64,000 bases of DNA from Candidatus Latescibacterota bacterium (GTDB lineage Bacteria > Latescibacterota > UBA2968 > GCA-2709665): positions 256,001 through 320,000 of the forward strand of contig CBDDDZ010000004.1 in the NCBI GenBank assembly GCA_965226795.1, read 5' to 3'. The first letter of the stretch is position 1; each line of letters opens with the position of its first letter. The notes below the pieces were generated by a model. The model was not told the origin of the DNA. It did not search any database and worked only from the letters and a program-made list of their open reading frames with translations. Position numbers and translations under genes: made by a program. Positions 1 through 10,229 of the stretch are shown here, piece by piece.

Positions 1-3000
1 CCAAAGCCCTCCTGGAGGTAGTCGAGCAGCCGCACCCGGATCTCCGCGTCGTCTCGCGCCTGACGGGCGAGCAGCAGGGCTTCGCGGATCATCCCCCGCC
101 GCGACCGTTCCACGAGGTCGTAGGTAAATTCGATCAGTATGGCGGCAAGTTCAAGCGCCGCGTCGCGCGGCCGACCGGTGTCAATCCTGTTCACGCTTCG
201 GACGAGCGACTTGCTCTTTCCGGGTTGCGCGGAGCGAACGTATTCAAGCAGACGTTCCTTGCAGCGGTTGAAGTCGAACGCGTCCACGTGAATCACAAAC
301 CTACCCGATCCGAAGTCGACCTCATAGTCGTCAATCACGCCAAGCCTGAGCAGCCGGTAGACTGCTTTCTCCTCTCGGAGGCGGTTGCGGCCGTCTCCAT
401 AGGGTCGTTCAATTCGCTTTCTCGAAGAGAGATCGCCCAGCGCATTCAAAAGATCGGATACATTATCGATTTCGCGCGCCGCTCCACTGAACGCCTGCAG
501 GTGAAACCACAATGCCCGGGTAAGGTCATCCGCAGTTTGGCGATTTCCTTCAATTTCTTCAAACCTGCTGCGAAGGGCCTCGAGATCAAGGTCGGGATCA
601 ATCAGTTCCCCGGAGCGATCCGGGTCGTATTCCGAAAACACGACCGTCGCGCGCGCGAGTTTTCGGTCTCGCCCCGCGCGGCCGGCCTCCTGGTAGAAGC
701 TCTCGAGGGACATGGGCATTCCGAAATGCACGGTATATCGGATATTCGGTTTGTCGATCCCCATCCCGAATGCCTTTGTGGCAACGAGCACGGGCACGCG
801 ATTAGCTTTGAAGTCGGCCGCGTTCTCGCGTTTCTGCGCATGCCATTTGTCGGCATCCAGGGACGCGGGCGGGTTGCCGGAGTATATGGTGACGTCCGCA
901 CCCATTGCCTGCTCCACGATACTGCGTGCATCCTGCACGCCGTAGGTACGGGCCTTGACCGTGGGAACGAATACGATACCCGAAGCCGTTTCGGCGCCAG
1001 ACGACCGATAGAACTCCGCCCGTGGCAACCCGAATTTACCGGGCAATGCGTTCAGTACGCCCCGCAGTGCCGCCGAGGGTTCTTGGACCGGGGAGGTGCG
1101 TACGATTTCAAAGCGAATTTCGGAACGGTCGAACGACTCGGGGCGGATCAACGCGTCCGATCGGTTCCTGTCTATACCTAAATCGGCAAGCATATCCCGA
1201 AGGACCGCGCGCGAGGCGGTTCCGTTCAGGGCCAGGAGCGGCGGCGGACGAAATTCACGGTCCGCGCCGAGCCTCCTCAGGTTGTTCGCGAGATTCAGAT
1301 ACGCAGGCCGGAAGTCGTGCCCCCACTCCGATACGCAGTGCGCTTCATCGACGACTGCAAGGTTGATAAACGCACACTCCACAAGCGCACGGAGCGCCGT
1401 CCGAAATTTAGGCGACTGAAGCCGTTCGGGCGCATGAAGCACGAACAGGTACTCGCCTCGTTCCACCCGTCGGAGCAGACGCTCGCGCTCTTCGCGGTCG
1501 GCAAGTTGGCTGGTAATTGAAGCCGCCCGATCGATTCCGTAGGACCTCAGACCCTCGACCTGGTCTTCAATCAACGCAGTTATGGGATCGACCACCAGCG
1601 TTACGCCAGGCATCAGGAGCCCGGCGAGTTGGTAGATAATACTCTTGCCTCCGCCGGTCTGCAGCAGCACAACGCTGTCGTTCTGTCTCAGCACATTGAA
1701 GATGGCCTGCCCCTGCATCGGGCGAAAATCCCGTTTGCGAAATATGTTTCGGAGGAACATCCTGAGCGGCGCGCGAGCTTCTTCGTAGGTCGTCACCACC
1801 GCGGCCCGTCGGCGCAAGTCGAACGACTGCCCGGCCGCGATCAATGCCGGGATGTACACCGGGCGAATGACGAAATCCAGCCCTTTGCCACGGACGCATT
1901 GAAACGGGCTCGTTGTGGACTCGACGGCAATGGTCAACCGGTACACGGGTGCGTCGAAAACGGTGGTCTTCACCCACCGCCCGCCGCCGTCGCGCATCCA
2001 GGTCCTGACGAACCCGTTATCCGCGCGTACTGTACATCGGGTTGGGACCGAACAGCCGCCATACAGAATATCGATGCCTGCCAGTAACCGAAACGCGTCC
2101 AGCACGCCGGCAGCGGCAGTGGCGCCGTCCCCCCTGATATCGATCTCCCAGCTTTCGCCCGGCGTCAGCCACCCATACTCCAGCGCGCGGGCGACCACGA
2201 ACTGCACCCTGGCCCCCTGGCGCAATCAACGGCGAGCGACGCGAAAGCCCTCTCCTCGCCGGTAGCCCTGGCGAATACGGTGAGTACCCTTTGGCATCGA
2301 ACTCGAATCTTTTCGAGCATCGCTCCCCGGCCATTCAGCACTTCCGCGTTGGTGATGCGCAGAACGTCAATCCCGATTGAACGCAATGATTCATCGCGCG
2401 CTTTGTCCACCTCAATCGATCCTTCGTGTTCAGGACCGTCGATCTCTATGGCGAAAGGCGATCCACCGGGGTGGCTGAAGAGAAAGTCGACGCGACGGGC
2501 GCCGCTCCCGTATTCCCCTGCAGACTCGACCAGCCTGTCCAGCGGCGCCTGCGGGATAAACCAGTGGCCGGCTGCAGTCCCGAGCGCCGTGGGCACCCAT
2601 TGATTCAGAAACCAGGCTTCGGCCTGGCTCTGCAGCAGCGATTGGTCTGAACCGGGATCGAAGTCGAAAGCAGGGTCGAGAATGAAGGGGACTTTTTCGG
2701 TTAACTTCGAAAGGACGACTTCGTCTGTCAAACGCAGCGACGCACCGGGCTGTGGCGCCCAACCGACATCAGCGACATCCTCGCAGAATTCGCTTACCCG
2801 ATCCAGTAAACCGTGCGTGCGCAGCCCCTCGCGTTCAACATCCAGCGTCGCCAGGGGCGTATGGCCGCGACGCAGCAACTTGATAAGCAACGCGGTAGCG
2901 AAGCGGACGTGCTCAACCGCCTCTCCGCGCTCACGGCTTCTGGACGAGAGCACCACGCACTGGCTGAGGGCCCGTGTCAAACGCGCATTCTGGCCGAGCG

Positions 3001-3301
3001 TGTCTCTAAAGACTCCCGGCCTTGCGCCTACCGATACGTACTCGGGGATGAAATCCGCGCGGCGCACGCCTTCGATCCATTCCACCGGAAGCAAGGCGTC
3101 GGGTGACACGCGGGCCTTGCGGAAAGGTTCAGCCGGCTCCGATTTATCCCTAACATTCCGCGTACCTCGACACCTGGGAAATTTTGTACAGCCCCAGAAC
3201 TGCTCTCCTGGGTTTCGTCCTTTCTTCGCCGTGCGAAGCGCCATTGAGGCACCGCAGGACGGACACCGTGGTGATTCAGACTGGGAGATCGAACTGTTCA
3301 T
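1..3301 (-). CDS. RecQ-family helicase with N-terminal topoisomerase-type C4 Zn ribbon and DUF559/Vsr-like endonuclease domain; one frameshift at ~2213-2217; 3' end beyond window
   Basis: ORF 2165..3301 has CPSCG...FWGCTKFPRC and RVDFLF...IEIDGPEH...RD..L...G..VLR. Adding one G to the minus-strand G5 run (plus C5 at 2213-2217) continues as ARVQFVVARALEYGWL into an open frame with FRPMQ, LLQTGGGKSIIYQL and VVDEAHCVSEWGHDFRPAY that runs to the window edge. Confidence 0.85.
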
Positions 3302-3340
3302 TTCAGTTTTCGTGCGGAGGCAACGGAATAGACCGGTGGA

Positions 3341-4009
3341 TCAATATCCGGGGACGTGTGTTTTCCCGCCGATCCAATCGATCATGGCGCCAAATGTTGG
3401 ACAATGCTCCGCGATGTCGTGAAGGTCTGCGTTTCTCAGGATGGCTTCGCCATCCGTAATTTCTCGATAGGATCGCTTGAGATGTCTCTTGAAGAGTTCT
3501 TCGACGATTCTCTTCGGTGGTCTTTCTTGATTCTGTTTTTCGGGCGGTCGTTGCCAGCTTCCGGGTTCGTTCGACATGTTTAGGCGGGACCGAAGTTGAC
3601 TCGTCGCCGCGAGGAGCAGCACTTCCATGTCATGTTTCATCGCGCTTGCATAAAATCGCGCTAAATGACTGTCCACATCGGCACCTCGCACACCTTGCCC
3701 TTCCAATCCGTTTCGTACAAGCCGGGTTTGCAAGTCGCGTAGATCTCTTACCCTTTCCTGCCTCTGTTCCGTATTTGCGAATTCTCGATTCGGGTAAAAA
3801 TCCGGTAAACCTACGGCCACATCGCATTCGTCGTGAACCAATTTCTCCGCTACTTTGTCCCCGATTTTCTTTAGATATTTCGGCTTGTTGTCAAGCGATA
3901 TTAATTTAACCCCCCAACCTTTGTCTCCAAGTTTTCGCCTCCACCCGCCCCACAACGCCTCCAATGCCCCAACGTCAGACCTCCCCTCCACAAACACCCA
4001 GACCTTCAT
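3341..4009 (-). CDS. DUF4276-family (TOPRIM-like) protein
   Basis: N-terminal VFVEGRSD, HDMEVLLLA, PEKQN and CPTF tail; start overlaps stop of upstream ATPase (ATGA). Confidence 0.75.
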   Translation of the reverse strand: MKVWVFVEGRSDVGALEALWGGWRRKLGDKGWGVKLISLDNKPKYLKKIGDKVAEKLVHDECDVAVGLPDFYPNREFANTEQRQERVRDLRDLQTRLVRNGLEGQGVRGADVDSHLARFYASAMKHDMEVLLLAATSQLRSRLNMSNEPGSWQRPPEKQNQERPPKRIVEELFKRHLKRSYREITDGEAILRNADLHDIAEHCPTFGAMIDWIGGKTHVPGY

Positions 4010-5298
4010 GCGCCGGCCTCCAGTTCGCCGGAGCGGTGGAGATCGCCAAGGGTTTCGCCTGTAACATTGTTAAGCATCTCCACAAGCGTCTTCCGGTTCG
4101 CCGGACGATGCCATACGACCTTTGCATTATCCGAATCGCGAGCCATCACGGCTACATCGGCAATATCGAAACAGTTGAGCAGATCCGGGCTGTGCGTCGT
4201 CACCAGCACCTGGGTGCGCTCAGCTGCCGTCTTGATCAATTCAGCGACAATCGGCAACAGGCCGGGATGCAAGCCCAATTCGGGTTCGTCGATTGCAATT
4301 AGCAGCGGAGGCTGCGGATTCAACAGCGCTGTCGCCAGACAGAGAAACCGAAGCATACCGTCCGAAAGATCCCAGAGATTCATTGACCGCGACATTCCCT
4401 TTTCGCGCACCCCAACAAGCACTTGCGGCGGCGATCCAAAGGTCGTATCACAATGGATTTCCTCGAACGCGGGAAAGGCTGCACGCAGAAACTCCCGCAA
4501 TTCCTCTGCTGCCGACCGGTAGTCATACCGGGTCAGTATTTCGTGCAGCACGGTGCCCAAATTCTCAGCGTTCGGCGCCAGTATCGCATCGCGCTTGATT
4601 TCGGCGGCCTTAGTGCGGAGTTCGGAAGACCGTGTCACATCGAAACCGGGATAGAACGCCATATTCGCCAATCGAACGCGTACCATAGCTGGAACGGGAT
4701 AATCGTTAAAGAATTTGATCTCTGAAAGGAGCAACGCCTGCCCAAGCTGAGTAGGTTGCGGCGCACCGCCCTGCGATTTCGATTCTACGGAATCGGCCTC
4801 GCGGACGGCATCAGGTTCTGATTGCGATTCGTCAAACGGTACAAATCTACCTTTATTTCTGTCGAACAAGTGCCGCCGATAGGGAGTGGACTCCAGAAAC
4901 TTGAGGGGGTTGGCGTATCCCTTTCTAGGTCTTTGAGTCCTGAGAACCTCGTATTGCGGGCGGATCTGGCCGTATGGATCGGCCTTAAGTTCAACCTCGT
5001 ACACGAGGAGTTCCCCTCGCTCAACTAACACTACATCCCAACTTGCAGGTAGGCGAAAGGTGATTTTCCAAGTCAATGAATTGTTCTCGTTACGCGAGGT
5101 TAGAATGGACGCCGCTCCATAGTGCCAACCAAACACGGTATCCAGCGGAAAGCCGCAACATTCTGCGATCAGTTGATGACAATCAATCAGGGTACTCTTG
5201 CCAGTTGCATTTGCCCCGATCACAACGGTCAGTTGCTTGAGGTCCGCTTTGAAATCGTCGAGAAGCCGGTAACCTCCAATTTCGATTTCCGTAATCAT
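4006..5298 (-). CDS. ABC/AAA_21-type ATPase (COG4637-like)
   Basis: Walker A GANATGKST, signature LSDGMLR, Walker B/D-loop IAIDEPELGLHP, H-loop TTHS. Confidence 0.9.
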   Translation of the reverse strand: MITEIEIGGYRLLDDFKADLKQLTVVIGANATGKSTLIDCHQLIAECCGFPLDTVFGWHYGAASILTSRNENNSLTWKITFRLPASWDVVLVERGELLVYEVELKADPYGQIRPQYEVLRTQRPRKGYANPLKFLESTPYRRHLFDRNKGRFVPFDESQSEPDAVREADSVESKSQGGAPQPTQLGQALLLSEIKFFNDYPVPAMVRVRLANMAFYPGFDVTRSSELRTKAAEIKRDAILAPNAENLGTVLHEILTRYDYRSAAEELREFLRAAFPAFEEIHCDTTFGSPPQVLVGVREKGMSRSMNLWDLSDGMLRFLCLATALLNPQPPLLIAIDEPELGLHPGLLPIVAELIKTAAERTQVLVTTHSPDLLNCFDIADVAVMARDSDNAKVVWHRPANRKTLVEMLNNVTGETLGDLHRSGELEAGA

Positions 5299-5528
5299 GC
5301 GATACGACCTTCCGCTCTAATTGTTCACAGCTATACTTGGCACAGTTCCGTCGGTCGAGTACCTAGCGCGAGGCTTTAGTACTAGATTTGCAGACCAGAG
5401 TACGGGCTTAATGCAATAAATGGACTTCAGACGCTCTGTCAAGGGAGATAACACAGGCAAGGATCGTGCCATGCAGGAAGAGCTTTCCACAGTTCCTGTG
5501 GAGGGCTCACCTCGGAGACGCGGCCGCT

Positions 5529-6266
5529 CTACTCGACCGCGAACAGCCGGTTGCGAGCCGGCAGGCCGACGATCTTCGAGAAGTGGTGAATCTGCAGATC
5601 TGGGTGGCGGGAATCGACGGGAGTTGGCGCTTCGACCACGAAATCGGCGAAGTGGGGGGTATTGAAGGCCACGAAGGCGAGCGAGAGGCAGTCGACCAGC
5701 CGATCTGCCCGCGCCGACAGGTCGGGAAAGGCCAGCGGGCCGGTGTCGACCTGGTAGCGGTCGTCCTCGCGGCGGGTGTTCATCGTCTTCACCGGACATT
5801 CGATCAGGGCCCTGAGTCCGGTTTCATCGTTGCGGATTTCGGTCTGCGAGACCAGCGGCGCGAAGCGATACGTTTCCTCGCGGATGGACGCGTTCGACGG
5901 CAACTCGCGAATGCTCTCGCCCTCGACGAGGTTGAGGTCGTAGCCACCGAACATCTCCGCGTACGGCCGCGTTTCCCGGTAGCGGGCGCTGAGATAGGCG
6001 GGACGCCGGAAGATGAGACCATACCTGGCGCTGAAGATCGGCAGGAAATCGTAGTTGTCACGTTGAAACAGATCCCTTTCATGGAAGGTGTTCTCGCTCT
6101 TGCAGGAGGCGGTCTGGTAGAAATCTTCGCAGATCCCCTCCCTTTCGTCCAAAATTCGGGTGCGCGACTCGATCCAGAAACGCGCCTCGTTGGTCCGCCC
6201 CTTCCCGATCAGGAACGAGCGGCCGTAGTCGAGCGGAGTCACGGTCAAAAGAGCAACGTCATTCAT
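5529..6266 (-). CDS. Hypothetical protein (245 aa)
   Basis: Open frame with GGAGG RBS 8 nt before ATG 6266; no motif recognised. Confidence 0.7.
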   Translation of the reverse strand: MNDVALLTVTPLDYGRSFLIGKGRTNEARFWIESRTRILDEREGICEDFYQTASCKSENTFHERDLFQRDNYDFLPIFSARYGLIFRRPAYLSARYRETRPYAEMFGGYDLNLVEGESIRELPSNASIREETYRFAPLVSQTEIRNDETGLRALIECPVKTMNTRREDDRYQVDTGPLAFPDLSARADRLVDCLSLAFVAFNTPHFADFVVEAPTPVDSRHPDLQIHHFSKIVGLPARNRLFAVE

Positions 6267-6285
6267 TGGAAATCCTCCAGACGCG

Positions 6286-6315
6286 AAAACAAAAAAGCCG
6301 TCGCACACTCGACGG
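6286..6315 (-). terminator. Intrinsic terminator-like hairpin immediately upstream of the RBS of 5529..6266
   Basis: Minus strand CCGTCG-AGTGTG-CGACGG followed by CTTTTTTGTTTT. Confidence 0.6.
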
Positions 6316-6452
6316 TTACCGATCCAAAACACAAAAACCCCGCACATCAAACGCTCCCGCAGGGTATCCCGAGGTTTAACCCCAATCCCTTGGAACTTCC
6401 TCTGTAGCTGCGATACTTTCGGTTAACCTAATAGCAGGTTCCGGCGGGCAAT

Positions 6453-7064
6453 CTAAGTCGCAAAAATCGGGAACTTCTCATTGATCAGTATAATCGTTTT
6501 CTGCTTCGCAATGACCCGGTAGGAGCGACTGATGAACTTCCCGCCTTCGAGGTGCGCGACGGCACCCGGCAGACCGCCCAATGACTCCATACCGCACCAG
6601 AGCAGTTCTCGCCGAGTCTCCAGACCGATTTTCCGCAGGAGCCCGCCCAATCCCTCCCTGTCAGACGCCAACGCATCCAGAAAGGATTTCGGCAGACGAT
6701 GCGGCACGATCAACGAGTCTGCGTACACATGAATGGTCGATGGAGAGCCGTCAGGCGTGTGGGCTCGAATCACCGACTGCCTTGAGATCACCTTCGCCCC
6801 TATGGGTAACTCCAACCACGGATGTCCGCCGGAGAGCGTCCGTTCCGACTGCTGTAGGCGGACAACCTCCACCGGCGCCATTGTATACGCTTCGATGAAC
6901 CGTGTAACGGTCCCGTCCGTAACCAGCATCCCCCTCTGAAACGGAGTGAGGCGGGACAGGTTGATTTCTCCCAACGCGGAAGGCTTGTCGTGTTGCGCCA
7001 CAAAGAGTTCTTTCATGCGTGCACCGAGGACGGCGTCCGATTCTTCAATGACGTCATGTTTCAT
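6453..7064 (-). CDS. Chorismate pyruvate-lyase-like (DUF98/UTRA-fold) protein
   Basis: R.L..TDGTVT..IEA motif, YADSLI, GLG.LL...LETRREL, SRSY, INEKFP. Confidence 0.75.
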   Translation of the reverse strand: MKHDVIEESDAVLGARMKELFVAQHDKPSALGEINLSRLTPFQRGMLVTDGTVTRFIEAYTMAPVEVVRLQQSERTLSGGHPWLELPIGAKVISRQSVIRAHTPDGSPSTIHVYADSLIVPHRLPKSFLDALASDREGLGGLLRKIGLETRRELLWCGMESLGGLPGAVAHLEGGKFISRSYRVIAKQKTIILINEKFPIFAT

Positions 7065-7145
7065 GGTCCAGGTTCGCTTTCACCTGCGATGAACGCGCGT
7101 TGGCCGTGAAGAATCATTCGGCGCGGGGACAGACACCCCCACGAA

Positions 7146-8186
7146 TCAATCTACGAGAGGCAGCTTGATCGCTTCGCCGGTATGGGACGAGCGGTAGGCA
7201 GCCAGGGCAATCTCTACGGCCGCACGGCCGTCTTCCCCCGTGACGGGGGGCGGTGTGTCGTCCACGATACAGGTGATGAAGTCCCGAACTTCATCGGCAA
7301 ATGCTTTCTGCCGTGGATCCGGGACCGAGGCGAAGTCGTAGACCGTTTCCCATTCCGTCGCGCCGTCACGGGCAACTTTAACTGTGTTATAAGGGTCAAC
7401 TTCCATCAGACCGTTCTCTCCGACAAGCTCGGCGCCGCAAGTGAAGCCCTTCCAGCCCGGTGGAGGAAGGGCTTCGGAATAGATGAGGTGGGCGCTACCG
7501 CCGTTCCGGAATGCAATCATCACCATATTGGACGTGATGTCTCCGGGGACCTCCGTGCGCAGCGAATAGGACCGGGCGAAGACGTAGTCGGCTTCGCTTT
7601 CGAACCACCAGCGCAGACGGTCGATATTGTGGACGCCCCACGCGATGAGGCCGCCCCGACCGTAGAGATCCGGGTCCGTGAACCATGCACGATCGGGATT
7701 GGGTCTGCGGTAGCCGGGCGTGGCGAGGGTATCCCTGCACATAAGCAGCCGACCGATGGCGCCCTCCTCCAGAAGCCGTTTGGAGACGGCGCCTCCTTCC
7801 CAGTACCGGTGGCTCTGCGCGACCATGAGTTTCCGATTCATTCGATCCGCGCTCTGAATAATCGCGTCGCACTTGTCCAACGTGAGCTCCAGGGGTTTCT
7901 CCACGAGCACATGTTTGCCCGCTTCGAGTGCGGCAATGGCGTGTTCGGCGTGCAGGGCGTGGGGCGTGGTCACAATGACGGCGTGAATATCGTCCCTGGA
8001 AACAAGCGATTCCAGGCTATTCTCGTAGTCCAGGCCGTACTGACCGGCAAGGCCGGGGCCGACTCCCGGAAGGTTGGCGGGATCGTTCACGGCAACGGCT
8101 TCGCCCTGCGTCACGTCTCTGAGGGCGTCGATATGCGTACGCCCCATTTTACCCGCGCCGACGATGCCCACGCGCACACGATCCAT
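7146..8186 (-). CDS. Gfo/Idh/MocA family oxidoreductase
   Basis: GIVGAGKMG, AGKHVLVEKP, GVHNID. Confidence 0.92.
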   Translation of the reverse strand: MDRVRVGIVGAGKMGRTHIDALRDVTQGEAVAVNDPANLPGVGPGLAGQYGLDYENSLESLVSRDDIHAVIVTTPHALHAEHAIAALEAGKHVLVEKPLELTLDKCDAIIQSADRMNRKLMVAQSHRYWEGGAVSKRLLEEGAIGRLLMCRDTLATPGYRRPNPDRAWFTDPDLYGRGGLIAWGVHNIDRLRWWFESEADYVFARSYSLRTEVPGDITSNMVMIAFRNGGSAHLIYSEALPPPGWKGFTCGAELVGENGLMEVDPYNTVKVARDGATEWETVYDFASVPDPRQKAFADEVRDFITCIVDDTPPPVTGEDGRAAVEIALAAYRSSHTGEAIKLPLVD

Positions 8187-8233
8187 GGGATCCTCTCAAG
8201 TGTCGAAAAAGGTGAGCAGGCGAACGATTCACG

Positions 8234-9130
8234 TCACATCAGGCGTTTGCGCTTGGCCAGATAATTGAACAACACGGTATCGAAGGGCCTTGCGGTGTCC
8301 AGCAGAACGTAGTCGATGAGGCTTTCACGGCATTCACGGCCCAATCGACCGGTAAGGGCGTCCATATGGTCCCTGTAATCAGAGGCGACGTGCCAGGGTT
8401 CGGTGGTTACGGAAGCGCCGGATTCGAGATCCACGAATCGGGTTTCACGACCGAATTCGAGATCGCGTTCCCTGGGGTCCAGTATGTGGAAGACAATGAC
8501 TTCGTGCTTTCGGTGGCGGAAGTGTTTCAGGCCGGAAAGCAGAGCACGGGGGTCGTCCATCAGATCGGACAGGACCACGATGAGGCCGCGGCGCACAATG
8601 CGCTCGGCAAGGCTGTGGAAGGTGGTGGCAAGGTCGGTGTCTTCGCCGTCGGGGTCGGTATTCTGCAGCGTTTCAAGCAGAGCGTGAAGATGGGTCCCCG
8701 TAGATCTGGGCGGCAGGTAGGATCGGATGCCGCGGTCGAAGGATACCAGGCCCACGGCGTCGCGCTGGCGCAGCATCAGGTAGGAGAGCGCGGCAGCGGT
8801 ATAGGCAGCGTACTGAAATTTGGTGAGGCCATTCGATCCGTAGGCCATCGACGCGCTGGTATCCAGGAGGATGTAGGCCTTGAGGTTGGTTTCTTCTTCG
8901 TATTGTTTTACATACAGTCTGTCGGTTTTTCCGTAAACCTTCCAGTCGACGTTGCGGAGCGGGTCGCCCGGTATGTATTGACGATATTCGGAGAATTCAA
9001 CCGAGAATCCGTGGTAGGGACTCTGGTGCAAGCCCGTGATAAAGCCCTCAACCACGAGGCGGGCAACCAGGTCGAGGCGGGACAGGCGGGCGACAACTTC
9101 GGGCTGGAGGTAGGTGCGGAAATCGGGCAT
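8234..9130 (-). CDS. DUF58 (vWA-like) protein, MoxR partner
   Basis: GLHQSPYHGFSVEFSEYRQY.PGD, DWK, LLDTSASM. Confidence 0.92.
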   Translation of the reverse strand: MPDFRTYLQPEVVARLSRLDLVARLVVEGFITGLHQSPYHGFSVEFSEYRQYIPGDPLRNVDWKVYGKTDRLYVKQYEEETNLKAYILLDTSASMAYGSNGLTKFQYAAYTAAALSYLMLRQRDAVGLVSFDRGIRSYLPPRSTGTHLHALLETLQNTDPDGEDTDLATTFHSLAERIVRRGLIVVLSDLMDDPRALLSGLKHFRHRKHEVIVFHILDPRERDLEFGRETRFVDLESGASVTTEPWHVASDYRDHMDALTGRLGRECRESLIDYVLLDTARPFDTVLFNYLAKRKRLM

Positions 9131-9151
9131 CTGGCGCCAGGAATTGGGGAT

Positions 9152-10147
9152 TCAGGTGGTTTTTTCAAGAAGGCGTTGCACGAGTTCGAACGCCGTGACT
9201 CCTTCGGCCTCGGCGTTAAAGCTGGTGACGATGCGATGGCGAAGAACCGGGACGGCGACAGATTTGACGTCGTCAATCGAGGCTGCGTACCGTCCTTCGA
9301 GGATGGCACGGGCTTTGGCGCCCAGGATGAGGAATTGGGAGGCCCGCGGACCTGCGCCCCAGTTGACCATGCGGGAGACGAAATCCGGCGCGCCGTCGTT
9401 TCCCGGCCGGGTCTTGCGGGCGAGGCCCACGGCGTAGTCAATCACATAGTCGGCCACCGGCACCTTTCGAATGAGATGCTGGAGTTCGACGATTTCCCGT
9501 GCGTCGAATACCGGGTCGATTTCCGCGGTGTAGGCGCTGGTTGTGGTGCGAACGATCCGTTTCTCTTCCTCTTCGGTTGGATAGTCTATCCAGAGGTTAA
9601 ATATGAACCGGTCCAACTGCGCTTCAGGCAGCGGATACGTGCCTTCCTGTTCGATCGGGTTCTGTGTGGCCAGCACAAAAAAGGGTTCTGCCAGGCGAAA
9701 CGTTTCGCCGCCGGCGGTAACCTCGTGTTCCTGCATGGCCTGGAGCAGGGCAGCCTGGGTCTTGGGTGGGGTGCGGTTGACCTCGTCCGCCAGGATGATG
9801 TTCGCAAAGAGGGGTCCCTTGACGAAACGGAAGGTCTTGTGTCCCGAGCGTTGGTCTTCTTCGAGGACTTCCGTGCCGGTGATATCCGAGGGCATCAGGT
9901 CCGGCGTGAACTGAATGCGGCTGAAGCTGAGGTCGAGTGCTCTTGCAAGGGTGCTGATAAGGAGCGTTTTAGCGAGGCCCGGAACCCCGACAAGCAGGCA
10001 GTGGCCGCCGCAAAGGAGTGCGATGAACAACTGGTCCACAATCTCCTTCTGCCCCACGATAATCTTGCCAATTTCGTCCGTGATACGGGTGTGGGCGGTT
10101 TTCAGTCTTTCGACGGCTTCGAGGTCGTCTGCGGGTTGTTCAGGCAT
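9152..10147 (-). CDS. moxR: MoxR-family AAA+ ATPase
   Basis: GVPGLAKT, RIQFTPDLMPSDITG, ADEVNRTPPKTQAALL, ATQNPIEQEGTYPLPEAQLDRF; ATG 10147 preferred over the track's GTG 10198. Confidence 0.95.
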   Translation of the reverse strand: MPEQPADDLEAVERLKTAHTRITDEIGKIIVGQKEIVDQLFIALLCGGHCLLVGVPGLAKTLLISTLARALDLSFSRIQFTPDLMPSDITGTEVLEEDQRSGHKTFRFVKGPLFANIILADEVNRTPPKTQAALLQAMQEHEVTAGGETFRLAEPFFVLATQNPIEQEGTYPLPEAQLDRFIFNLWIDYPTEEEEKRIVRTTTSAYTAEIDPVFDAREIVELQHLIRKVPVADYVIDYAVGLARKTRPGNDGAPDFVSRMVNWGAGPRASQFLILGAKARAILEGRYAASIDDVKSVAVPVLRHRIVTSFNAEAEGVTAFELVQRLLEKTT

Positions 10148-10229
10148 GGTTGGGCAATCCTTCGAGGGGCGGAAGTAACCGTTTTCGCCGGTCCTCACGG
10201 ATGCCGGCTGCTGGCCGCCGGGGTCGCGT

